Shown here one piece after another: positions 56,457-64,000 of a stretch of DNA of 64,000 bases (position 1 is its first letter; every line of letters begins with the position of its first letter). The notes beneath the pieces were generated by a model that ran no database searches, had not been told where the DNA came from, and saw only the letters and a program-made list of their open reading frames with translations. The DNA is from an uncultured virus (IMG/VR IMGVR_UViG_3300047546_001190) (Duplodnaviria; Heunggongvirae; Uroviricota; Caudoviricetes). The stretch lies in IMG/VR virus record IMGVR_UViG_3300047546_001190, one strand, 5' to 3'. Both the position numbers and the translations under genes were made by a program.

Positions 56457-56876
56457 ATGGCACCTAAGAAAATATCAAAGACACGTCAAAAAATTCACGA
56501 AATTTACGAGCAAAACGAACTTGCCGGACTTCAACAAACTCAAACCAGAGCACGTTCATTTACAATTGGAACAACAACTGGTGGTATTATTGAAGTTTCG
56601 ATGAGAGGAGATTTTGCAAATCTTTGGTATCTTTTACAACCCGTAGAAGCAGTTGAAATCATCAATCAACTTGCTGCAGCAGCAGGAGTTGAGGTTGCGA
56701 TGAGACCAAGACAAGATTTTGCATCTTGGAGATCTTGGGATACTTCACTTCCACCAAGTGTTCACTGGATGGGAACTGCACCTTGGCAACTTACTGATGA
56801 AGCAAGAGAGCAATTAGAAGCAGCAAAAGCAAAAAATATCAAAGCAATTGAAGAATCTCAAAATGAATCTGAATGA
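56457..56876 (+). CDS. hypothetical protein
   Basis: 139-aa ORF; ATAAATA late-like box upstream. Confidence 0.7.
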   Translation: MAPKKISKTRQKIHEIYEQNELAGLQQTQTRARSFTIGTTTGGIIEVSMRGDFANLWYLLQPVEAVEIINQLAAAAGVEVAMRPRQDFASWRSWDTSLPPSVHWMGTAPWQLTDEAREQLEAAKAKNIKAIEESQNESE

Positions 56877-57402
56877 TTTTTATATTTTAGTTGATACTGA
56901 AAACAAACAAGTAATTGACAAAATTCAAAAATTACCTAAGAACTGGAAAAATATTGCAGGTCTTCCTGGTCTTTCTGATGAAAAACTAGAAGATTTAAAA
57001 TGGGCAGGACATCATAATCTTGGATGGATTAATATTTCTTCACCTAAGATTAAAGATTTTAAGATGTCTCCAGAAAACTTGGAACTGAATAAAAATACTT
57101 TAAAGGTTCTGATTTCAGAAAAAAGAAAAGAAAAACAAGATACTATAATTGAGTATAAGACTGCAAAATTCAAGACAGATATAGAAACACGATATTCTTT
57201 ATTTCTTATAAAAAATTCTAACCAAAAAGAAGTAAATTTTAAGTGCGTAAATGGATACTATAGATTTACACTTGCAGAAATATCTGAGGTTTATAATCTA
57301 ATTGAAAATAGAATACAAAGTCTGTTTGATGAAGAAATGAAAATTTACTCTCAGATTGACTCTTGTTCGACTTTAGAGCATCTATCAGGAATAAGTGCTT
57401 AA
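56863..57402 (+). CDS. putative tail fibre assembly protein
   Basis: LPKNWKNI.GL..L...GW N-terminus and DUF4376-like C-half (tentative). Confidence 0.5.
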   Translation: MNLNDFYILVDTENKQVIDKIQKLPKNWKNIAGLPGLSDEKLEDLKWAGHHNLGWINISSPKIKDFKMSPENLELNKNTLKVLISEKRKEKQDTIIEYKTAKFKTDIETRYSLFLIKNSNQKEVNFKCVNGYYRFTLAEISEVYNLIENRIQSLFDEEMKIYSQIDSCSTLEHLSGISA

Positions 57403-57405
57403 AAT

Positions 57406-57434
57406 TTGACAATTAAACAAAACTAGCATATACT
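57406..57434 (+). promoter_or_regulatory. sigma70-type promoter for the oxygenase trio
   Basis: TTGACA(57406)-N17-TATACT(57429). Confidence 0.7.
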
Positions 57435-57457
57435 ATTTTTGAGTATATTATTGATAT

Positions 57458-58093
57458 ATGGCTTTCCAATCTATCTGGTACTACACCAATCTTCCAAATA
57501 AAGTTATTGATGTTTTAGAAGAAGATCTTGCAGAAAATTTCGATCCACAACTGCAAGATTCGCAAGTTGGTGAAGGTGATTATGGAACTGTAGACAAAGA
57601 TAAAAGAAACGCACGAAATGCTTGGGTTCCTACAACTCACTGGGTAGCAGGATTTGTCTGGCATTATGTTCAACGTGCAAACCGTGAGAACTTTCTATAT
57701 GACCTGACAAATATTGATGGAGAAGCACTTCAATATACTGTGTATGGAGAAGGTGAATATTATGGTTGGCATAATGATGCAGGACTTGCTTCTCATTACA
57801 AACCCCAATCATCAGGAAATCGTGGTCATGGTGGAGAAATTGTAAATGATTTTGTAAATGAAAACTGTGAAAAAGTAAGAAAGTTATCTTTTAGTTTACT
57901 TCTTTCCGACCCCGATACTTATGAAGGTGGAAATCTTCAACTGCTGGATGAATCGGGAAAATCTTATATTGCGCCAAGGCAACGAGGGACGATTATTCTT
58001 TTCGATTCCCGAGCACAACACCGAGTTCAGAAAGTAACTAAAGGTATCCGTAAGAGTCTTGTAGGTTGGACAGTGGGACCTCGTTGGAGGTAA
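57458..58093 (+). CDS. 2OG-Fe(II) oxygenase
   Basis: QYTVY..GEYYGWHND, RKLSFSLLLSD, YEGG.L, HRV..VT.G.RKSLVGW. Confidence 0.9.
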   Translation: MAFQSIWYYTNLPNKVIDVLEEDLAENFDPQLQDSQVGEGDYGTVDKDKRNARNAWVPTTHWVAGFVWHYVQRANRENFLYDLTNIDGEALQYTVYGEGEYYGWHNDAGLASHYKPQSSGNRGHGGEIVNDFVNENCEKVRKLSFSLLLSDPDTYEGGNLQLLDESGKSYIAPRQRGTIILFDSRAQHRVQKVTKGIRKSLVGWTVGPRWR

Positions 58094-58096
58094 AAT

Positions 58097-58600
58097 ATGA
58101 AAGTAAAATGTGAATTTGATGTTTTATCTTTTTATTATCCATATCATAAAGAATTAAAAAAAGAAGTCTTAAATTATTTGCATAATTATCAAGACAAGCA
58201 AAATAAATCCACAAATGTAAAAGCAACTATGACGGAGTGGAATTTTACTACTCCACAAATAGAAAAATTAAAAAAATTTGTTTACTCTAATTTAATATTT
58301 TTTGTTTCGGAAGAATGTATAAAAAGAGCATACTTCTCTGATTTTTGGGCAAATATTTATAATGAAGGAGATTATACAGTGCCTCACGATCATCTAACAA
58401 ATTGTTTTTCCTTTGTTTATTTCTTACAATCGAAAATATATCATTCACCATTAATTTTTTCTGATAGTAAAAAAAGAGTTGTACCTAAAGAAGGAAATTT
58501 TTTAATTTTTTCTAGTAGTATTGTACACGAAGTTCCAAAACATAAACATAAAGAAAATAGAATAACATTAGCAGGAAATATTAATTTTATTAGAAAATAA
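58097..58600 (+). CDS. 2OG-Fe(II) oxygenase-like protein
   Basis: WAN.Y..GDY..PHDH, FSFVYF, IF....HEVP, RITLAGN. Confidence 0.78.
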   Translation: MKVKCEFDVLSFYYPYHKELKKEVLNYLHNYQDKQNKSTNVKATMTEWNFTTPQIEKLKKFVYSNLIFFVSEECIKRAYFSDFWANIYNEGDYTVPHDHLTNCFSFVYFLQSKIYHSPLIFSDSKKRVVPKEGNFLIFSSSIVHEVPKHKHKENRITLAGNINFIRK

Positions 58601-58602
58601 TT

Positions 58603-59322
58603 ATGGCAGAACGTATGACACAAGAACAGATTGACTGGCAAGAACGAGTCAATTCTGAAACATCACCAACAAATAATGAAGAGTTTGATAAGAACGGATA
58701 CTTGATTCTAAGAAATCTGTGGGATCCTCAAGATCTTTATTGCGAACCACCAGAAATCAAAGGTCAGTATAACTATTTGGGGAAAATTGATAAATTTAAT
58801 CATATTCCCATAGAAAATCAAGTAGAAGGTTCTACTTCAAGATATTATTGGCCTCCGTATAAGTTTGCACATTCTCAGATTCGTATGAAACTTGAGAAAG
58901 CAATCGGCAAGAAACTTTATAATACTTATTACTATGATAGGTTTTATAATCCAGGACAATCACTGAGTAATCATGCAGACCGTCCTGCTTGTGAGATTTC
59001 AGTTACAGTTCACATAGGTTCTAATATTAGCACTCCTTGGCCTATTTGGATTAAAACTCCAGATACTTATGATGATGCAAAGAAGAGAACATTAGTGTTG
59101 AAGAGAGGTGAAAATCGTTCGGTGATTTTAAATCCTGGTGATGGAATGGTATATAAAGGTTGTGAAAGACCTCACTGGAGAGATCCGATGCCTACTGAAT
59201 ATCGTAGAACTTGGTATGGTAGAAAGGTAGAAAAAGAAGGTTTGTATTATCATCAAGTTTTCTTTCATTATGTTCTTGCCGATGGTCTCAGAGCACACTG
59301 CGCAAATGATATGGCAAGTTAA
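58603..59322 (+). CDS. 2OG-Fe(II) oxygenase-like protein
   Basis: HADRPACEISVT, PGDG.VY.GC..PHWR, QVFFHY. Confidence 0.75.
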   Translation: MAERMTQEQIDWQERVNSETSPTNNEEFDKNGYLILRNLWDPQDLYCEPPEIKGQYNYLGKIDKFNHIPIENQVEGSTSRYYWPPYKFAHSQIRMKLEKAIGKKLYNTYYYDRFYNPGQSLSNHADRPACEISVTVHIGSNISTPWPIWIKTPDTYDDAKKRTLVLKRGENRSVILNPGDGMVYKGCERPHWRDPMPTEYRRTWYGRKVEKEGLYYHQVFFHYVLADGLRAHCANDMAS

Positions 59323-59352
59323 TTAAATAAATATATAAAAGTTGTTCAAGTC

Positions 59353-59685
59353 ATGGCTGTTGCTGCAGTTAATATCGTTATAGAGCAAGGGACTGACTAT
59401 CAGGAAGTTTTTACTGTCAATAATCCTGATGGTAGTCCCTTAGATTTAACTGGTTATACTGGGGTTGCAAAAATTCGCAAATTTCCTGAGTCAGCAACCT
59501 CAACTCCATTTGGTGTAGGTATTGTGTCTACTGCTGGACAAGTCGTTGTATCCCTAGCAAATACCGTTACTGAAGATTTGAAGTCTGGGAGATACTACTA
59601 TGATGTAATTATTACATCATCAGCAGGTAAAAAAACTAAAGTTGTTGATGGGATGGTGCTTGTAAATTCTAGCGAGTCAATCTAA
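59353..59685 (+). CDS. small Ig-like baseplate/fibre-attachment protein
   Basis: NI.IEQGTD, PLDLTGY, GRYYYDV, KVV.G. Confidence 0.65.
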   Translation: MAVAAVNIVIEQGTDYQEVFTVNNPDGSPLDLTGYTGVAKIRKFPESATSTPFGVGIVSTAGQVVVSLANTVTEDLKSGRYYYDVIITSSAGKKTKVVDGMVLVNSSESI

Positions 59686-62600
59686 TGCCTTCAGTTTCAA
59701 TAGGAAGCACAAGTTATAACGTTACTGTAGGTTATACACCTTCTCTTAGGGTAGCAAGAGAGGCTGATAGTCTACAAGGTGTTCAGGGAACTCAAGGAGT
59801 TATAGGAACGACCGGAATTCAGGGTCTTCAAGGACTTCAAGGAACACAAGGTTTAGATGGTGCTTTTGCTGGGCAAGGTGTTCAAGGCACACAAGGAACT
59901 CAAGGTACTCAAGGTTTACAGGGTTTACAAGGTGCGCAAGGCATTCAGGGAACTCAAGGTACTCAAGGTCTTCAAGGTGTACAAGGAACTCAAGGAACAC
60001 AAGGTACTCAAGGACTATTAGGTGCTCAAGGTTTTGTTGGTATTCAAGGATTACTTGGACCACAAGGTATTCAGGGTGGAATAGGAATTCAAGGATCTTT
60101 AGGTACTCAAGGTTCTCAAGGAACTCAAGGATTACAAGGTCTTCAAGGTTTACAAGGTCTTCAAGGTGTTCAAGGAACACAAGGTCTTCAAGGCGTTCAG
60201 GGTGTTCAAGGTCTTTCTAATCAAGGAACACAAGGAACTCAGGGTCTTAGAGGTATTCAGGGTAATGTAGGAACTCAAGGTTCTGTTGGAATACAAGGCG
60301 CACAAGGTATTCAGGGAACTCAAGGTATTCAGGGAACACAAGGCACACAAGGATTACAAGGACCTCTTGGTGTTCAAGGAACTCAAGGAACTCAAGGTAT
60401 AATTGGTATTCAAGGATCTGTAGGATCTCAGGGATCTGTTGGAGCACAAGGATCTATCGGTGCTCAGGGTTCTATTGGTATTCAAGGTGATGTAGGAACT
60501 CAAGGTTCTTATGGTTCTCAAGGATCTGTAGGAGCACAAGGATCTATCGGTGCTCAGGGTTCTATTGGTATTCAAGGTGATGTAGGAACTCAAGGTTTAG
60601 CAGGTATTCAAGGTGAGATTGGTGCTCAAGGCACACAAGGAACTCAGGGCACACAAGGAACTCAAGGTTTACAAGGTCTTCAAGGAACTCAAGGAACTCA
60701 AGGATTACAAGGTTCTCAGGGAATTCAAGGTATAATTGGTATTCAGGGTGATATCGGTTCTCAAGGTATTCAGGGAACCACTGGATCTTTTGGTGGTGCT
60801 GCTTTTGATTACACATTCAGCACTGGAATTACAACTGTTGGAATTACGACTGGTATTGCAAGATTCAACGAAGTAGGAATTATCACAGCAACTTATCTTT
60901 ATATCAACCAATATGATGATAATGCGGTTTCTATCTTCAATTATCTACAAACTATTGATGATTCCACATCAGTAATTAAAGGGCACTTTACAATATCCGA
61001 AAAAACAAACACCGCAAACAGCACTATGTTTGCGATTGTTGGTTTACACTCACATGACACAACTTATTTTGAGGTTCCTGTTGCATATGTTTCAGGTGTT
61101 TCTACATCATTTACTGATGGATTGGATGTTATTATTACCTTTGCAAGAACTGGTGATAAGGGAGACACTGGAGCACAAGGTACTCAAGGAACTCAAGGTA
61201 CTCAGGGATTACAAGGAACTCAAGGTACTCAGGGATTACAAGGAACTCAAGGTTTGATGGGCATCCAAGGTGATGCTGGTATTCAAGGTTTTGCGGGTAT
61301 TCAAGGTGATGCTGGAGCACAGGGAACATCAGGAATACAAGGTCAACTTGGATCTCAAGGTGCTATTGGTATTCAAGGTGATGTAGGAACTCAAGGATCT
61401 GTAGGATCTCAAGGTCTCTCTGGTGTCCAGGGAGATACTGGTGCTCAAGGTGAAATTGGAGCACAAGGTTCTATTGGAATCCAAGGTGATATAGGAACTC
61501 AAGGATCTGTAGGATCTCAAGGTCTCTCTGGTATCCAAGGTGATGCTGGTATTCAGGGAACTCAAGGAACTCAGGGAACAATTGGTATTCAAGGTGATGT
61601 TGGAGCACAAGGTCTTGCTGGTATTCAGGGAAATATAGGCATTCAAGGTGATACTGGTGCTCAAGGAACTCAGGGAACTCAGGGTATAATTGGTATTCAA
61701 GGTGATATAGGAGCACAAGGATTAGAAGGTTCTCAAGGAACACAAGGCACTCAAGGATTACAAGGTTTACAAGGAACCATAGGCATTCAAGGTGATGCTG
61801 GTGCTCAAGGAACTCAGGGAACTCAGGGTATAATTGGTATTCAAGGTGATATAGGAGCACAAGGAACTACAGGATCTCAAGGATTAGCAGGAATTCAAGG
61901 TGATGTAGGTGCTCAAGGTGAAATTGGAGCACAAGGAACATCAGGCATTCAAGGTGATGCTGGCATCCAAGGAACACAAGGAACTCAGGGAACTATTGGT
62001 ATTCAAGGTTTCACAGGTATTCAAGGTGATGTTGGTTCTCAAGGAACTCAAGGTACACAAGGTCTTCAAGGATTACAGGGAACTCAAGGATTACAGGGCA
62101 CACAAGGCGAACAAGGTGCTCAAGGTGAGGTAGGTTCTCAAGGTCTTCAAGGAACCCAAGGTACACAGGGAACTCAAGGAATTATTGGTATTCAAGGTGA
62201 ACTTGGTTTACAAGGAACTGTAGGAGAAACTGGTGCTCAAGGTGCTACTGGTTCTCAAGGTTTTGTTGGTTCTCAAGGAACAACAGGTTTGCAAGGTTTG
62301 ACTGGAGAAACTGGTGCTCAAGGTGCTACTGGTTCTCAAGGTGCTCAAGGAACAGATGGTATTCAAGGAACACAAGGATTACAGGGAGAGTTAGGAGCAC
62401 AAGGAACATCAGGTATTCAAGGTGATGTTGGAGCACAAGGATCCGTTGGTGCTCAAGGTATTTCTGGTATTCAAGGAACCTCAGGTATTCAAGGTCTTGC
62501 TGGTGTCCAAGGTGATGCTGGTATTCAAGGAACTCAAGGATTAGAGGGATCACAAGGAACTCAGGGAACTCAGGGAACTCAAGGAGTACAAGGTCTTCAG

Positions 62601-64000
62601 GGAACTCAAGGTATTATTGGTATTCAAGGCACTCAAGGAACTCAAGGTGTTCAAGGTGCTGAGGGTAGTTTTGGTGGTGCTGCTTTTGATTATACTTTTG
62701 ATAGTTCAACAGTTGATAGTGATCCAGGACAGGGTAAATTAAGACTCAATCAAACTGGAATTACTACTGCAAATTATCTTTATATTCATCAAGATGATGA
62801 TAATTTTGTAGATATTACAAGTTTCCTTCAAACAATTGATGATTCTACATCAAACATCAAAGGTCACTTTACGATTGCTCAAAAAGGTAATCAGGCAAAC
62901 TTTGGTCTATTCTCAATCGTAGGACTTCATACTGAATATACCAATTACTTTGCTGTTCCGATCGCATATGTTTCTGGTATTACTACCTCATTTGCAAATA
63001 ATCTTGATATTATCATTACTTTTGCAAGAACTGGTGATAAAGGTGACACTGGAGCACAAGGTACTCAAGGAACTATTGGATCTCAAGGATCCGTTGGTGC
63101 TCAAGGAACTCAGGGAATTCAAGGAACAGTAGGTATTCAAGGTGATCTAGGTTCCCAAGGTTCTGTTGGATCACAAGGATCTACAGGTTCTCAAGGAACA
63201 ACAGGTATTCAAGGTGATGTTGGAGCACAAGGAACAACAGGTATTCAAGGTAATGTTGGTGCTCAAGGAACTCAAGGAACTCAAGGATCAGTAGGTGCTC
63301 AAGGTGTTCTTGGTTTACAAGGAACTGTAGGAGAAATCGGTGCCCAAGGTTCTATTGGTATTCAAGGTGACGTAGGTTCTCAAGGTTCTATTGGTGTTCA
63401 AGGAACTCAGGGAACATTAGGATCTCAAGGAACTGTAGGACAAACTGGTGCTCAAGGTGCTACTGGTTCTCAAGGTTTCGTTGGTTCTCAAGGAACAGCA
63501 GGTACTCAAGGTTCTATTGGAATTCAAGGATCCACAGGTACTCAAGGTTCTATTGGATCTCAAGGAACACAAGGAACTTTAGGTGTCCAAGGATCAGCAG
63601 GTATTCAAGGTGCTCAAGGTATTCAAGGTGGACTGAGTGCTCAAGGACTTGCAGGTTCTCAAGGTGCTCAAGGTATTCAAGGTGGATTGAGTGCTCAAGG
63701 TAATGTAGGATCTCAAGGTTCTCCAGGTGCTCAAGGTAATGTAGGTTCTCAAGGTTCTGTTGGAGCACAAGGAACATCAGGAACACAGGGACAGATTGGT
63801 GCTCAAGGTATTACTGGTTCTCAAGGTTCTCAAGGTTCTGTTGGAGCACAAGGATCTACAGGTTCTCAAGGTACTCAAGGAACTTCAGGTACTCAAGGCA
63901 CTCAGGGATTACAAGGAACTCAGGGAACTCAAGGTTTAGTTGGACCAGTAGCAGGTACTAATTCTCAAGTTATTTACAACAATAATAACGTTTCTGCAGG
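59685..64000 (+). CDS. giant collagen-like (Gly-X-Gln) fibre protein, 3'-truncated by window (>1438 aa; not in ORF track)
   Basis: ATG 59685 coupled to upstream TAA; reads QGTQGLQG/GAQG/GIQGD triplets; same frame still open at window end (GPVAGTNSQVIYNNNN). Confidence 0.9.
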   Translation, partial: MPSVSIGSTSYNVTVGYTPSLRVAREADSLQGVQGTQGVIGTTGIQGLQGLQGTQGLDGAFAGQGVQGTQGTQGTQGLQGLQGAQGIQGTQGTQGLQGVQGTQGTQGTQGLLGAQGFVGIQGLLGPQGIQGGIGIQGSLGTQGSQGTQGLQGLQGLQGLQGVQGTQGLQGVQGVQGLSNQGTQGTQGLRGIQGNVGTQGSVGIQGAQGIQGTQGIQGTQGTQGLQGPLGVQGTQGTQGIIGIQGSVGSQGSVGAQGSIGAQGSIGIQGDVGTQGSYGSQGSVGAQGSIGAQGSIGIQGDVGTQGLAGIQGEIGAQGTQGTQGTQGTQGLQGLQGTQGTQGLQGSQGIQGIIGIQGDIGSQGIQGTTGSFGGAAFDYTFSTGITTVGITTGIARFNEVGIITATYLYINQYDDNAVSIFNYLQTIDDSTSVIKGHFTISEKTNTANSTMFAIVGLHSHDTTYFEVPVAYVSGVSTSFTDGLDVIITFARTGDKGDTGAQGTQGTQGTQGLQGTQGTQGLQGTQGLMGIQGDAGIQGFAGIQGDAGAQGTSGIQGQLGSQGAIGIQGDVGTQGSVGSQGLSGVQGDTGAQGEIGAQGSIGIQGDIGTQGSVGSQGLSGIQGDAGIQGTQGTQGTIGIQGDVGAQGLAGIQGNIGIQGDTGAQGTQGTQGIIGIQGDIGAQGLEGSQGTQGTQGLQGLQGTIGIQGDAGAQGTQGTQGIIGIQGDIGAQGTTGSQGLAGIQGDVGAQGEIGAQGTSGIQGDAGIQGTQGTQGTIGIQGFTGIQGDVGSQGTQGTQGLQGLQGTQGLQGTQGEQGAQGEVGSQGLQGTQGTQGTQGIIGIQGELGLQGTVGETGAQGATGSQGFVGSQGTTGLQGLTGETGAQGATGSQGAQGTDGIQGTQGLQGELGAQGTSGIQGDVGAQGSVGAQGISGIQGTSGIQGLAGVQGDAGIQGTQGLEGSQGTQGTQGTQGVQGLQGTQGIIGIQGTQGTQGVQGAEGSFGGAAFDYTFDSSTVDSDPGQGKLRLNQTGITTANYLYIHQDDDNFVDITSFLQTIDDSTSNIKGHFTIAQKGNQANFGLFSIVGLHTEYTNYFAVPIAYVSGITTSFANNLDIIITFARTGDKGDTGAQGTQGTIGSQGSVGAQGTQGIQGTVGIQGDLGSQGSVGSQGSTGSQGTTGIQGDVGAQGTTGIQGNVGAQGTQGTQGSVGAQGVLGLQGTVGEIGAQGSIGIQGDVGSQGSIGVQGTQGTLGSQGTVGQTGAQGATGSQGFVGSQGTAGTQGSIGIQGSTGTQGSIGSQGTQGTLGVQGSAGIQGAQGIQGGLSAQGLAGSQGAQGIQGGLSAQGNVGSQGSPGAQGNVGSQGSVGAQGTSGTQGQIGAQGITGSQGSQGSVGAQGSTGSQGTQGTSGTQGTQGLQGTQGTQGLVGPVAGTNSQVIYNNNNVSA

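Noticed and set aside
59800..63786. Many ORF-track entries on the minus strand and alternate frames (LEYLEFL.., SLNTL..)
   Set aside because: Shadows of the Gly-X-Gln repeat; the real gene is the plus-strand frame from 59685, omitted because it has no stop inside the window.

Overview
64 kb of a T4-like (myovirus) cyanophage genome, AT-rich and probably infecting a Synechococcus/Cyanobium-type host (inferred from gene content). In order: (1) an ~9.6 kb cluster for nucleotide-sugar and glycan synthesis (UDP-sugar dehydrogenase, three GT11 domains, GT2, GT15-like, GT25, methyltransferase); (2) host-derived metabolic genes (SLH porin, pstS, two hli, ferredoxin, peroxiredoxin), a lysis module, and psbA-psbD with a structured leader; (3) core genes (glutaredoxin, speD, thyX, phoH, exonuclease, gp33, gp59, gp32); (4) a baseplate/tail block (gp53, gp48, gp2-like, gp4, gp54-like, gp26/gp51, two murein-hydrolase-bearing tail proteins, hub, CP12, gp5); (5) two tRNAs, a Mom-like gene and six 2OG-Fe(II) oxygenase-like genes among fibre genes, ending in a >1400-aa Gly-X-Gln collagen-like protein that runs off the window. 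The signals most worth checking are outside the ORF track. A textbook -1 frameshift cassette (A_AAA_AAG, stop, 6-nt spacer, 10-bp hairpin) would fuse a C39-like peptidase to a lysozyme that has no start codon of its own. An NtcA box, a glutamine riboswitch and a DUF4278 micro-gene copy the control logic of host gifB. A second -1 site joins gp26 to gp51. There is also a candidate ~65-nt sRNA and a duplicated intergenic motif. All assignments come from reading motifs by eye; no database searches were run.
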